The notes: generated from the sequence alone by a model not told the origin. A DNA stretch of 64,000 nt from Candidatus Velesiimonas alkalicola (GCA_013626165.1 NDHX01000009.1:2007-66006), one strand, 5' to 3'. Shown: positions 39,131 to 50,046, counted from the first letter of the stretch. Translations and numbers: made by a program.

Positions 39131-40134
39131 AATAGTAATTTACTATTAAATAAATCTCTTTCATTATTTCGTTTTTTTGTTTTGCCATTATTTTGCTCAT
39201 TAAGAGTATTTCTTTCCCAAAAAACCCCGCCAGAATATCCTTGTATTGTTTTATCATTATCAGCTATCTCAAGCCGTTTTTCTGCTAAACAACAATATAA
39301 TTCATCTATATCGATACCAACATATTTACGGCCTAATTTTTTTGCGACAACCGAAGTCGTGCCCGAACCAAGAAACGGGTCAAAAACAATATCATTTGGT
39401 TTTGAACTGGCCAAAATAACTTTAGCAACCAACTTTTCCGGTTTTTGCGTTGGGTGGTCAGTTTTTTCCGGCATAGACCAAAAAGGAATTGTAATGTCTG
39501 TCCAAATATTGGAAGGGTGTGTTATGCGATAATTTCCGTTTTCTGTCTTTTCCCAGTCTTTTGGACTCCCGCTTTCATCTTTGTATGGGGCAAGAACCTT
39601 TCTTTTCATTTTTACCACATCAACATTAAAACAATACTTCTTCGAAAGCGTGCAGAACCAAATATCTTCCGAGCAATTTTTCCAATTTGATTTTGCACCC
39701 CGCCCTTTTTCTCTTTCAAAAGTTATTCTGTTTTGAATTTGAAAATATTTTTTAACTACATTAAAAATTGCACCCGATGATTTCCAATCACCACAAATAT
39801 ATATAGAAGCACTTGGTTTTAATAATCGGATTATTTTCTTAACCCAAGAATCCAACCACTCTTCGTACTTTTCGGACTCCATTGCCCTGAAGGTAGTTAG
39901 GTTAAAAGTCTTGTTTAGGTTATAAGGCGGATCTACAAAAACTAAATCAACAAAATTATTTGGCAAAAAATCTAAAACTTGAAAAATATCTTGGTTGATA
40001 GTTTTATTCTCAATATCCGAAACAGAAACAGGTTTTTCTATTTTGATGAGTTTCTTTTTCAGACGAGCAATTTCACTATCATCTAGCGTTATTGTTCTAT
40101 TCCTTGGTGCTCGATTTCTTGACTTTATTTTCAT
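39127..40134 (-). CDS. DNA amino-methyltransferase, beta class (DPPY, probably N6-A)
   Basis: VDPPYN, HPTQKPE, DPFLGSGTT. Confidence 0.93.
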   Translation of the reverse strand: MKIKSRNRAPRNRTITLDDSEIARLKKKLIKIEKPVSVSDIENKTINQDIFQVLDFLPNNFVDLVFVDPPYNLNKTFNLTTFRAMESEKYEEWLDSWVKKIIRLLKPSASIYICGDWKSSGAIFNVVKKYFQIQNRITFEREKGRGAKSNWKNCSEDIWFCTLSKKYCFNVDVVKMKRKVLAPYKDESGSPKDWEKTENGNYRITHPSNIWTDITIPFWSMPEKTDHPTQKPEKLVAKVILASSKPNDIVFDPFLGSGTTSVVAKKLGRKYVGIDIDELYCCLAEKRLEIADNDKTIQGYSGGVFWERNTLNEQNNGKTKKRNNERDLFNSKLLL

Positions 40135-40136
40135 AA

Positions 40137-40622
40137 TTATTTGATTAAGTCCTCAATATTAACGTCTAATGCCTTGGCTATTTTAGTCATAACAAACACC
40201 GATGGTTTTTTAATTACGCCGGTTTCAATTTTAGTAAGGATAGTATAGGGAACATCCGCCTTTCTCGCAAATTCGTCCTGTGAAAGTTCTTTAAGACTTA
40301 AAACTCTGAATCTTGGGTCACCTGTTGCAGACTCTACTGCCATTTCTTGAACAGTTTGATAAAGCGGCTTTGATGTAATGATATTTCCCACACACCCTCT
40401 TAACTCTTTATTTAAACGAAGCGTAACAAAGGCACCGCAGAGTGTTCTTAAAAGTTTCGGGTCTTTCTCTTTCATATTTTTAATTTTTCCAGTTTTTAGA
40501 CAGATTTCAATACCTTCTCTTGCAATCTTTAAAAGTTTTTCTTTTTGCTGTTCACTTAAGGAAACAAGGTTCTGGTCTTTTAGAGACTTTTCAAAAAAAT
40601 AACTGAGCCATAACCCACACAA
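40137..40622 (-). pseudogene. Chimera of truncated AmmeMemoRadiSam protein A and an XRE HTH (controller-like)
   Basis: GAFVTL...LRGCVG...DPRF, then LSQDEFARKADVPYTILTKIETG...KIAKALDV. Confidence 0.8.
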
Positions 40623-41416
40623 TATTCTCCAATTCTTTGCATTTCCCTTGCTTTACTTGAATTTGTATAATCTAAAACCCTTGCAATAATATTTCCGAAA
40701 TGTTTTGCGGCATAAAGAAGACAGGACATTCCAAAACCGCCACACATATGGGTTTCTTCTGTGAGCATGCTGTTGTAAAATCTTTCAGGCTCAACTTTTT
40801 CGAGAATAGAAAGTGTGTTCTTGTCTGTTTTTTCACATTCTTTATAGTTGTTGCCGTGATACATATCAGAACTTACAACAATAAGACAATTTTTATTTTT
40901 AACTGTTAAAGAAATGCCCTGTCCAAATATATTGCAGGTTTCCTCATCCATAGAACCTACAAGAACAGGAACAATCTTTGTCCTTGGCAAAACTGTTTTT
41001 ATAAATGGGAGCTGAACCTCAACAGAATGTTCTTCTTTGAAAGATGCAGGAATAATTTTAAGTATGCCTTTGCTGTTTTTTATAATCTCCTCTGTTATTT
41101 GTGAGTCTATTTCTATATCCCCTAAGGGAATCTTAAACACCCCCTCTTTTACACAGGAAGCACCCCTTACAGGAAAACGATGCGGAACAGCAAGTATAAT
41201 CACAGTATCAAAATCTTTACCCACAACAGCCTTATATGAAGCACCCATAATATCCCCGCAAAACTCATACCCGGCATGCGCAGATAGGATACCAAAAATC
41301 TTTCCTTCATTTTCAACCTCTTTTGCCTTCCTTAAATATTCGTCTACCCGTTTTTGCAGTTGAACCTTATCTGCAAGATAGAACATATCTGCCACATAGG
41401 GGCCATAGGTTGTCAT
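40580..41416 (-). CDS. amrB: AmmeMemoRadiSam protein B (MEMO1 family)
   Basis: HAGYEF, EHSVEVQLPF, SSDMYH, MCGG, VGYGS. Confidence 0.9.
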   Translation of the reverse strand: MTTYGPYVADMFYLADKVQLQKRVDEYLRKAKEVENEGKIFGILSAHAGYEFCGDIMGASYKAVVGKDFDTVIILAVPHRFPVRGASCVKEGVFKIPLGDIEIDSQITEEIIKNSKGILKIIPASFKEEHSVEVQLPFIKTVLPRTKIVPVLVGSMDEETCNIFGQGISLTVKNKNCLIVVSSDMYHGNNYKECEKTDKNTLSILEKVEPERFYNSMLTEETHMCGGFGMSCLLYAAKHFGNIIARVLDYTNSSKAREMQRIGEYCVGYGSVIFLKSL

Positions 41417-41455
41417 TTGACATTTATCTATTTGTAATTTGTATCTTCGGGCGCC

Positions 41456-41495
41456 CTCTGGTGCTCTGGTGCTCTGGTGCTCTGGTGCTCTGGTG
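41456..41495. repeat. Octamer tandem repeat (CTCTGGTG)x5
   Basis: Five perfect units; reverse complement of the 25376 array unit. Confidence 0.95.
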
Positions 41496-41513
41496 TTAGG
41501 GACAGATACGAGG

Positions 41514-42458
41514 CTAAAGGCGGGAGGCCGAAAACTTTTCTCCTACTCTGAGTCTTGCTCCGTTAATAAATTCATTTGCAGAAATTTTATTTTTTGATTC
41601 TAATTGAACTTCCTTCATACGGATGCTTTCATCTGCACATCTAACAATAAAACCTTCTCTATTGAACCCCACTATTGTCCCGGGACAAAACTCATCTGTT
41701 TTTTGATTATAAACATCTGCCTTCCATATTTTTAATATCTTCCCACGAAAAATCGTCCAGGCACAAGGATACAAAACAAGTGCTCGGACCTTGTTATATA
41801 TATCCACCGCCTTTTTATTCCAGTCTATCAGTCCATCTATCTTCCTTATTTTCGGAGCATATGTTGCTTTTGAATCGTCCTGCTGGATATATACTGCCCT
41901 GCCCAATGATATTATATCAAGTGCCTGTATCAGATATTCGCCTGCAATCCTGGAAAGTCTGTGTGCTAACAACAGAGCATCTTCATCCTGCCCGATAGGT
42001 ATAGATTTTTGAAGCAATATATCTCCTGCATCAACCTTTAAGCAAACCTTTTGTATTGTTATGCCTGTGGCAGTATCACCATTAAGTATGGAATGCTGGA
42101 CAGGTGCAGGCCCTCTTAAAACAGGAAGCATAGAAGCATGCACATTTAAAAAAACATTTTTGGGTATCTCTAATACAGGTTGTTTAAATATCTGACCAAA
42201 AGCAATAGATATACAGATATCTGGTCCTAAACTTAAAATTTTTTTTAACGATTCTTTTGAGTTGACATCAGACACTGGCAAGCAATTTAAGCCAGAGTCT
42301 TTTGCAAATTCTTCTACCGGAGCAGGCAGTACTTTTAAATTTCTTCCCCTTGTTTTTGCAAGAGGTGTTATAACGACAATCGGCTTAAATTTTGATTGTG
42401 AAAGTATTTTTAATACTTCAACAGCAAAACAGGAAGAACCGAAAAATACAATTTTCAT
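41514..42458 (-). CDS. fmt: Methionyl-tRNA formyltransferase
   Basis: MKIVFFGS, NVHASMLPVLRGPAP, DAGDI, TYAPKI. Confidence 0.94.
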   Translation of the reverse strand: MKIVFFGSSCFAVEVLKILSQSKFKPIVVITPLAKTRGRNLKVLPAPVEEFAKDSGLNCLPVSDVNSKESLKKILSLGPDICISIAFGQIFKQPVLEIPKNVFLNVHASMLPVLRGPAPVQHSILNGDTATGITIQKVCLKVDAGDILLQKSIPIGQDEDALLLAHRLSRIAGEYLIQALDIISLGRAVYIQQDDSKATYAPKIRKIDGLIDWNKKAVDIYNKVRALVLYPCAWTIFRGKILKIWKADVYNQKTDEFCPGTIVGFNREGFIVRCADESIRMKEVQLESKNKISANEFINGARLRVGEKFSASRL

Positions 42459-42769
42459 ACATTCCGAAACGAAGAAACCCACCTGGCATATTCTGATGAA
42501 GCACAGACCCTGACAGCAATAATCTCCGGCAGTTCGTAAGGATGAGAAAACTTTATGACCTCTTGCAGAGAATTGAGATTGGCCAAGGTTGTTTTAAATA
42601 TTAAAACCAACTCCTTCTGCTCCTCTATCTTCTTTTTCCACCTGTATATAGACCTTGCCTGTGGAATGATTGACACACAGGCAGTATTTTTTGACCGCAA
42701 ACAGATATAGGCAAGCCTTTTAGCGTCTTTTAAGTTTGAAACAGTGGTTAAAACAATTCCTATCTTCAT
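42455..42769 (-). CDS. cutA: Divalent cation tolerance protein CutA
   Basis: ACVSI, SIYRW, HPYELPEII. Confidence 0.92.
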   Translation of the reverse strand: MKIGIVLTTVSNLKDAKRLAYICLRSKNTACVSIIPQARSIYRWKKKIEEQKELVLIFKTTLANLNSLQEVIKFSHPYELPEIIAVRVCASSEYARWVSSFRNV

Positions 42770-42972
42770 TGTTGTCTTAAATAAATTTCAAAATCACACT
42801 CCAGTGTCCCTTCCACTATAACATGCCCTTCTCTTGCAAGCCATCCGACGCTCATTAAAACTAATTCTTTTTGTCTTTCTATCCCTTTTATAAGAGCAGA
42901 AAGTTTTGCCCTTCCATGCTGATCAAGATAATGCCATATCTCTCCTGCTGTTATACCAATCTCTGTTATCAT
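42766..42972 (-). CDS. Winged-helix small protein (DUF2582-like)
   Basis: IGITAGEIWHYL...MSVGWLAREG. Confidence 0.8.
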   Translation of the reverse strand: MITEIGITAGEIWHYLDQHGRAKLSALIKGIERQKELVLMSVGWLAREGHVIVEGTLECDFEIYLRQQ

Positions 42973-43196
42973 ACCATCTCCTTTTTATTATAACTTTTAC
43001 ACACAGGACACTTAGACATTTCTTTTGAACTATCCCAGTATGTATGTGTGCACACTTGACATTTCCAGATACCAGAAATTATATCTTCTTTTCTTTTCAC
43101 AAACCTTGCTGACCTACAAACCCATAAAAAACTAAAAAAAAGCAACATTGTGCACATAAATATAGAAATAGCAATGGACATATCTATCTCAATCAT
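42969..43196 (-). CDS. Small membrane zinc-ribbon protein
   Basis: TM helix plus CQVC...CPVC; coupled to neighbouring genes. Confidence 0.7.
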   Translation of the reverse strand: MIEIDMSIAISIFMCTMLLFFSFLWVCRSARFVKRKEDIISGIWKCQVCTHTYWDSSKEMSKCPVCKSYNKKEMV

Positions 43197-43903
43197 TTTC
43201 CGGCTGCCATATCTTCTATGTTCTCTCTGAACGGACGAGAAACAATTTTTACATAAATAATGCCCGAACGAGGTTTTTTATCTGGGTTGTCAAATATTAA
43301 TCTTTTTACATATTGTAATGCAAGAAGGTCCACAGCCGGGTCTGCACTTGATGATATAACCCTTACAGAATGTGGGATACCATCTTTATCAATAATAAAT
43401 CCCAATCCTACTGTAATATCTCCTTCGTAGTCTTTGCTTAACCACCCTGCATACTTTGGTAAAACAGGCTTATAGATAATATCTATGTCGCCAGCCTCTT
43501 CTATATCAGAGCCTGAAAACAATTCAACCTGCTTTTCAAAAGCCCTGCGACGTAACATTTGGACTACATTTTCAGAGTTTATAAGAAATTTGTTTACATA
43601 GTCTGATTTTTTGCTGTCTGTTTTTGTAATAAGTATATCTTTTTTAATAATTGGTGGACTTTTAACCTCTTCTATAAAGTATGGTTTCTTAACCGCTTTT
43701 TCCCGTCTGATCTGGATACCTGTTATGGTTTCTCCAAGAATGGGCCCGAGGAAAAAAATCTCACTTATCGGAATCCTTTCAACAGCCGACACCTGCACTA
43801 CAACTTTTACGGCATATCCACATAATATATGGAAGGTAAAAGATAAAAAAATAAAAATTGTCAATGAAACAATATTATCTTTTAATCCGGTTATATTCTT
43901 CAT
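43193..43903 (-). CDS. TonB-like energy transducer
   Basis: N-terminal TM helix with His; C-terminal IDKDG...VISSSADPAVDLLA; follows exbBD. Confidence 0.65.
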   Translation of the reverse strand: MKNITGLKDNIVSLTIFIFLSFTFHILCGYAVKVVVQVSAVERIPISEIFFLGPILGETITGIQIRREKAVKKPYFIEEVKSPPIIKKDILITKTDSKKSDYVNKFLINSENVVQMLRRRAFEKQVELFSGSDIEEAGDIDIIYKPVLPKYAGWLSKDYEGDITVGLGFIIDKDGIPHSVRVISSSADPAVDLLALQYVKRLIFDNPDKKPRSGIIYVKIVSRPFRENIEDMAAGK

Positions 43904-44313
43904 CTCTCAAGCAACTGTTGTGTTGCAATATTAAGCTGGCTGATGTTTTCCTGTCTGCATATATCCCATATTTCAACAACCCTGCCGATAGAAACAGTCC
44001 TGTCGGACTTTATAAGGACAGAAATATTTTTCCTTGCTGCTTCCCTTAGCATAACCCTTAATTCAGACAGTGTTACAACCTTATCCTGAATATAAAGAAC
44101 ATTTTCACCTGTTATTGTTATTACAAGATTTTTCTCATCAAGCACTTCACTTGTAACCGCCCTTGGCAGTCTTACCCTTACGCCGGGTTGAATAATAAAT
44201 GTAGATGTAAGCATGAAAAATATAAGCAACTGAAAGACAACATCTATAAGAGGAGCAATATCTATTGTTCCAAGTTCACCTGTTATAGTTTTTACTCTTC
44301 TCTTAAATCTCAC
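43900..44313 (-). CDS. exbD: Biopolymer transport ExbD/TolR
   Basis: IAPLIDVVFQLLIFFMLTS. Confidence 0.9.
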   Translation of the reverse strand: MRFKRRVKTITGELGTIDIAPLIDVVFQLLIFFMLTSTFIIQPGVRVRLPRAVTSEVLDEKNLVITITGENVLYIQDKVVTLSELRVMLREAARKNISVLIKSDRTVSIGRVVEIWDICRQENISQLNIATQQLLER

Positions 44314-44936
44314 AGGTTCGCCTCTTTTTCTTCAACTACCCTTATCAACTCTACTGAGCTTCTTTCCATATCAAGAACCATCCTGTCTACTAATGCCACA
44401 AGATAATTGTATGCAACCAGTGTCGGTATTGCAACAACAAGCCCTGCAACAGTTGTTGTCAATGCCTCCCATATACCCGCCGCTAACATGCCTGGATTTA
44501 CAGGACTTCCTGCAATTGATTGAATCTCTATTGTTCTAAAACAACGAACCATACCAGTGACAGTTCCTAAAAGTCCCAGAAGTGGTGATATATGAGCAAT
44601 TGTTGCAAGAATCCCAAGATTTTTTTCCATCCGAGGTGTTTCCTGTGAGCCTGCCTCCTCTATGGTTTCTTTTATTTCTTGTTTTGTCTTGTCATGTTTT
44701 AATATACCTGCCTTAAGGATGTGAGCAACAGGGCCTGGTGTGTTTTCACAAACCTCTATCGCCTCTTTTATTGAACCTTTTTTTAAGAGCAATGTGATCT
44801 TTTTTAAAAATTCATCTGTATTTATTCTTGCCCTATAAAGATGATAGAATCTTTCCATAATGATTGCAAGCGCAATGATTGAACAAAGTGCAATCGGATA
44901 CATAACAGGACCACCTTTAATAAACCATGCTATCAT
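44310..44936 (-). CDS. exbB: MotA/TolQ/ExbB proton channel
   Basis: SPLLGLLGTVTGM, GIWEALTTTVAGLVVAIP. Confidence 0.9.
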   Translation of the reverse strand: MIAWFIKGGPVMYPIALCSIIALAIIMERFYHLYRARINTDEFLKKITLLLKKGSIKEAIEVCENTPGPVAHILKAGILKHDKTKQEIKETIEEAGSQETPRMEKNLGILATIAHISPLLGLLGTVTGMVRCFRTIEIQSIAGSPVNPGMLAAGIWEALTTTVAGLVVAIPTLVAYNYLVALVDRMVLDMERSSVELIRVVEEKEANL

Positions 44937-44951
44937 TCTTCGCTCTTTCTT

Positions 44952-46172
44952 TTATTTTTTCCCAAGTCCAAACATTGTATGTATGGCGCGGGCCGCTTGC
45001 TCTGCATACCTTTTTTTTATTATACAGGATATCTTAATCTCTGATGTTGATATCATCTTTATATTGATGCCTTCTTTCGCAAATGTCTCAAACATAACAG
45101 CAGCAACCCCTGTATGAGTTTTCATACCGGCGCCTACAATTGAAATTTTTGCAATATCAAGGTCTTCAATTATATCTCCTGCTTTTATTTCTTTTGCTAT
45201 CTTGCAGGACACATCTTTTGCCTTTTTAATATCATTCTTGTGGACAGTAAAAGAAATATCCGTGGTTCCAGTCCTACTTATATTCTGAACTATCATATCA
45301 ACATTTACATTTGCATCTGATAGGTGTCTGAATAGCTTTGCCGCAACACCCTTCCTGTCTGGAACATCACACACGGTAAGTTTTGCCTCATCTTTCTGAA
45401 CTGTAACACCCGTTACAACACTTCCTTCCATATTCTGGACCTCCTCTACAATCAATGTACCCGGTTTTTCATTAAAACTTGACCTTACATCTATTACGAT
45501 ATTGTATTTTTTTGCAAACTCTATAGACCTTGCCTGAAGAACCTGTGCGCCAAGTGATGCCATCTCAAGCATCTCGTCATAACTTATTCTATCAATCTTT
45601 CGTGCATCCGGCACTATCTTTGGGTCCGATGTATATATACCGTTCACATCCGTGTACATCTGGCAACATTGAACATTTAATGCCTTTGCCAGCGCAACTG
45701 CTGTAAGATTGGACCCTCCTCTCCCAAGTGTGGTTATATCATCTTTTTCTGTAGTGCCTTGAAAACCTGCAACAACCACAATCTTCTTTTTTTTAAGTTC
45801 TTCAAGTATCCTTTTAGGTTTTAAAGAAAGTATCTTTGCATTTGTATACGCCCCATCTGTGATAATTCCAACCTGAGCACCTGTTAATGATATTGCGCCT
45901 TCTCCAAGATTATGTATGGCCATTGCAAGCAGTGCAATGCTTACCTGTTCACCTGTGGAAAGAAGCATATCAAGTTCTCTTTGGGGCGGATTTTTTATAA
46001 TCTTTTTTGAAAGCTTAAGAAGATCATCTGTGGTGCTGCCAAGTGCAGACACTACTACAACAACATTTTTCCCGGAACGATAGGATTTAACAACCCTTTC
46101 TGCAACATTCATAATTTTTTTAGCATTTGCCATGCTTGTTCCGCCATATTTTTGAACTACAATTTCTTTCAT
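44952..46172 (-). CDS. lysC: Aspartate kinase
   Basis: VQKYGGTS, TTLGRGGS, TDVNG, two ACT domains. Confidence 0.95.
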   Translation of the reverse strand: MKEIVVQKYGGTSMANAKKIMNVAERVVKSYRSGKNVVVVVSALGSTTDDLLKLSKKIIKNPPQRELDMLLSTGEQVSIALLAMAIHNLGEGAISLTGAQVGIITDGAYTNAKILSLKPKRILEELKKKKIVVVAGFQGTTEKDDITTLGRGGSNLTAVALAKALNVQCCQMYTDVNGIYTSDPKIVPDARKIDRISYDEMLEMASLGAQVLQARSIEFAKKYNIVIDVRSSFNEKPGTLIVEEVQNMEGSVVTGVTVQKDEAKLTVCDVPDRKGVAAKLFRHLSDANVNVDMIVQNISRTGTTDISFTVHKNDIKKAKDVSCKIAKEIKAGDIIEDLDIAKISIVGAGMKTHTGVAAVMFETFAKEGINIKMISTSEIKISCIIKKRYAEQAARAIHTMFGLGKK

Positions 46173-46217
46173 TTTTTAAAAGTTACCTCCTATCTCCTAC
46201 CTCCTATCTACTATCTA

Positions 46218-47429
46218 CTACCTACTACCCTTTATCATTTCCCCAATAAGTTCATACCCTTTCTCAATATTATATCCTGTCTTTGCCGCATCGGACTCAT
46301 TAAACCCAAGTCCTGGATTGCAGATGTCTATACCGCTTCCAGCCATTGCAAAACAAACAGGTTCAGAGGTGTGTGTTCTTTTAGACAGCGGCGTTGCATG
46401 GTCAGGAAGGACAAGAAGTCTTGCAGGATTTGCTTTTATGTATTCTATAAAAGGGCCGACTATCATCCTATCAAACCTTTCTATTGCTATAATTTTTTCT
46501 CTTGTATCTCCATTGTGTGATGCCTCATCAGGCGCTTCTACATGTATAAACACAAAATCAGATTTCTTTAAAGATTCAAGCCCTGCGTCTGCCTGGCCTT
46601 TATAGTTTGTATCATAATAGCCGGTTGCTCCTTCAACATTTATAACATCAAGCCCCATTATTCCACCAATCCCTTTTATCAAATCAACACCTGAAATCAC
46701 ACACCCAGAAATACCAAACCTTTCCTTAAAACACATAGGTTGTGCCTTTGTTCCCTGTCCCCATAGCCAGATTGAATTTGCAGGATTTTCTTTTAAGTCA
46801 ATTCTTATTCTGTTTATATCCTGTTTTTCAAGTATAAATGTTGCTAAATTCATTACATCCCGTATTCTTGGTGCATATCTACCTTTGGGAAGATATGGCT
46901 TTATGTGCTTTCCTATTATATCGTGAGGAGGGACACACTTAACCTCACACAGTCCTTTTAATTCTTTCTTATCCCATGTTTTTATAATACAAATGTTTCT
47001 GTAACTTACTCCTTTACAAAATTTTTCAGCATGAGAAGCAAAATCTTTATTAAGTATGTCTATGAGCCTTCCGCCTTCTTCTGTTTTAATATGACCTGCA
47101 CTGTAGTCTACCATTGTTCCATCACTTATTGTTACAAAATTACACCTGAAAATAACTTCATCGTTTTTTGTTTCACATCCTATATGTGCCGCTTCAAGAG
47201 GGCCTCTGCCGGGATACTTTTTTTTAGGATTAAACCCTAATATACTTAAATTTGCAACATCACTTCCTGGTTGCATTCCATGGGGGATGAGTCTAACTGT
47301 TCCCAATATACCATTGCCTGCAACCCAATCCATGTTCGGAGTTCTTGCAACCTGAAGAGGGGTTCTATTTGAAAATTCTTTCAAAGGATAGTCCGCCATC
47401 CCATCACCAACAAGAATAATATATTTCAC
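46218..47429 (-). CDS. apgM: Cofactor-independent phosphoglycerate mutase, ApgM type
   Basis: GDGMAD, PGSDVANL, GRGPLEAA, HVEAPDEASH, PDHATP; GTG start. Confidence 0.88.
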   Translation of the reverse strand: MKYIILVGDGMADYPLKEFSNRTPLQVARTPNMDWVAGNGILGTVRLIPHGMQPGSDVANLSILGFNPKKKYPGRGPLEAAHIGCETKNDEVIFRCNFVTISDGTMVDYSAGHIKTEEGGRLIDILNKDFASHAEKFCKGVSYRNICIIKTWDKKELKGLCEVKCVPPHDIIGKHIKPYLPKGRYAPRIRDVMNLATFILEKQDINRIRIDLKENPANSIWLWGQGTKAQPMCFKERFGISGCVISGVDLIKGIGGIMGLDVINVEGATGYYDTNYKGQADAGLESLKKSDFVFIHVEAPDEASHNGDTREKIIAIERFDRMIVGPFIEYIKANPARLLVLPDHATPLSKRTHTSEPVCFAMAGSGIDICNPGLGFNESDAAKTGYNIEKGYELIGEMIKGSR

Positions 47430-47440
47430 ATTCCTCCTTT

Positions 47441-48853
47441 TTACATACTGGTATCCCCCAGGGCAATTTCTCTTCTATAAAAAAAATAAAACCCAGCCAG
47501 AAACAACGGAATAACCCTTAACATAATAATTGAAAAAAACTGCCTTAGCACATCAAAAAATGATATGAATATTCCGGTTGAAAGATAGCCAGAGGGGTTT
47601 GTTTTGTTTATATCGGGGATTAAAAGAAGTATCCCCTTGAAAAAATATCTTGAGATGTCCCCTAAAACATTTGCTCCTATGCCCACAGGTTTTTGTTCCT
47701 CAGTATGTGTGTGTGCAGGACATCCAGGGCATTGATGAGCTTCCATGAATGCAAGTTCTCTTACAAATCCTGTAGAAAGACTCAGACCATAAATGAATAT
47801 ACATACTGCAATTGCAGTCGGAAAAGAAAATATGCTTCCCGTAATTATACCGATTGTTGAAATAAATGCAATCCCTATAAGAAGAAGTAAAAGCCCCTTA
47901 AAAAAATTAAATGAAAAACCTCCAACAGGTGCCATCACCTCTACACCATCATGCACTGGAAAAAGCACAGTGATATTCAGAGGGTCAATGTTTGCATAAG
48001 AAAGATAAAGCGTATCATTGTCAAGCACCTCTCTTGGGATGTATATCTGGTGGAAGACATCTGCTGCATTAGAAACAGGAATTTCAACAAAATTTCCTTT
48101 TTCTCTTTTCCCCGCAGTCCACACACCTATTAACTGTTGTTTCTGTCCAGTTTCAGTCAACGGCCTTCCTGTGTGAAATTTATATCTTGCAACAATATCA
48201 CCTTTTGGGCTTTTTATGCCTTTTATAATCCATTCTGTTTCATAATTCGGCGGAACTGCTCGGACACTTCTTTCAATAGCTCTTCTTAAATTGTGTCTTA
48301 ATTTTTCTTCTGTAACACCGGGTGGAATCTCTGAGTATTTTTTACGCTGTTCTATTTCTCTTTCAACCAACTTTTCTATATCCATCGGTTGGGGCATAAA
48401 TTTTTTTCTGGAAATAAGTATATCTGCTGCAGAATGCATAGCAGATGTTTCTTTTGCAGGAATTTTTTGTGCAATTTTTATAACAAAATACATAACACAT
48501 CCCATACAGAATACAAGAAACATATTTAAAAACATTATTCCGAGCCATTTGCCGATGAGAATTTCATACCTTCGGACAGGCTTTATATCAACAGTCATTA
48601 TCTGATGCGATGATATGTCTTTACACATTGTTGTGGTTGATAAAAAAATTGTAAGAACACTTAAAAGAAATCCTGCAAGCGAGATTGAATATACAAGGAT
48701 AATCTGTATCCTTCCTTTTTGTGTTCCATCAGACTGAACAGCAAACGGAAATCCTATAACAACAAGGATAAGAAACAATATTATAATAAGAGATATTTTT
48801 AGCCTTATCCCTTGTTTAAGTGTGTTGTGTGCTATAGCAAAGATTCTATTCAT
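47441..48853 (-). CDS. ABC-2 type permease-like membrane protein
   Basis: Multiple TM helices, KPVRRYEILIGKWLG. Confidence 0.75.
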   Translation of the reverse strand: MNRIFAIAHNTLKQGIRLKISLIIILFLILVVIGFPFAVQSDGTQKGRIQIILVYSISLAGFLLSVLTIFLSTTTMCKDISSHQIMTVDIKPVRRYEILIGKWLGIMFLNMFLVFCMGCVMYFVIKIAQKIPAKETSAMHSAADILISRKKFMPQPMDIEKLVEREIEQRKKYSEIPPGVTEEKLRHNLRRAIERSVRAVPPNYETEWIIKGIKSPKGDIVARYKFHTGRPLTETGQKQQLIGVWTAGKREKGNFVEIPVSNAADVFHQIYIPREVLDNDTLYLSYANIDPLNITVLFPVHDGVEVMAPVGGFSFNFFKGLLLLLIGIAFISTIGIITGSIFSFPTAIAVCIFIYGLSLSTGFVRELAFMEAHQCPGCPAHTHTEEQKPVGIGANVLGDISRYFFKGILLLIPDINKTNPSGYLSTGIFISFFDVLRQFFSIIMLRVIPLFLAGFYFFYRREIALGDTSM

Positions 48854-48979
48854 ATTACCCCCTTAGTTTTCACAAGACCCGCCCTTAACGAAAGCGAGGG
48901 ATAAGTTTCACAGGGCCTGCCTCAAGACCTTTTTAATCAAACGGTGTTTCTTAGTTGCAAAAATATGTAAGAGGCTGCT

Positions 48980-49816
48980 TCATTTCAAATTCTTTACCAC
49001 CTCATCAGCCACCGTAAAAGAATGTTCAGGAGAAGGGAATTTACCCTGCTCAACCTCCTGTTTAAAAACTTCTATTCCTTTCCGTATCTGTTCCGAAAGA
49101 ACAACATATTTTTTTGCAAACTTTGGGACAAACCTTTCAAAAAGACCCAACATATCATGTGTTACAAGAACCTGTCCGTCACAACCGCTTCCTGCACCTA
49201 TACCTATGGTCGGAAGAATAATCTTTTTTGTAACAAACTCTGCAACCCTGTCAGGCACACACTCCATAAGCACACAGAAGGCCCCTGCATTCTGTAAAGC
49301 AATAGCAGAGTCAACAAGAGCCTGTGCATCCTTACTATCCTTTCCCTGAACCTTAAATCCTCCAAGCTGTGTCGCGCTCTGGGGAGTAAGCCCGATATGC
49401 GCCATAACGGGTATACCTGTGTCGGTTATTGCCTTAAGAACAGGAACCACTGGCATTCCGCCTTCTATTTTTACAGCATCACAAAAACCCTCTTTTAAGA
49501 ACCTTCCCGCATTCAAGATCGCATCCTGTATTGAGGTTTGATATGATAAAAATGGCATATCCCCAACAATAAATGTCCCTTGTGCCCCGCGTCGGACTGC
49601 CCTGCAATGAACAAGCATCTCATCCATAGTTATAGGAAGTGTATTCTGATGCCCATGCACAACCATAGCAGCAGAATCTCCAACAAGTATTATATCAATA
49701 CCTGACTTTTCAATAAAAGATGCCATAGGATAATCATATGCAGTAAGCATTGTAATTTTTTTACCTTCTTTTTTCCTTTGCAACATCTCAGTAATTGTAA
49801 TTTTTTTTATCTCCAT
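48980..49816 (-). CDS. panB: 3-methyl-2-oxobutanoate hydroxymethyltransferase
   Basis: MLTAYD, LVGDS, DMPFLSY, AHIGLTPQ, GIGAG. Confidence 0.96.
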   Translation of the reverse strand: MEIKKITITEMLQRKKEGKKITMLTAYDYPMASFIEKSGIDIILVGDSAAMVVHGHQNTLPITMDEMLVHCRAVRRGAQGTFIVGDMPFLSYQTSIQDAILNAGRFLKEGFCDAVKIEGGMPVVPVLKAITDTGIPVMAHIGLTPQSATQLGGFKVQGKDSKDAQALVDSAIALQNAGAFCVLMECVPDRVAEFVTKKIILPTIGIGAGSGCDGQVLVTHDMLGLFERFVPKFAKKYVVLSEQIRKGIEVFKQEVEQGKFPSPEHSFTVADEVVKNLK

Positions 49817-49844
49817 ATGCCTCCCTCTTTTAAGATAACAGGAT

Positions 49845-49922
<78 letters not shown>

Positions 49923-50046
49923 TTTTGATACCTTAACACCTCGATATTTCAACGCTTACAGTAGATTATACCATATTTAATCTTAAAATTTCATTTTTTT
50001 TAAAAGAGCCTTGAGCTATAACTTAATCTTTATTAAAAAATTTAAG

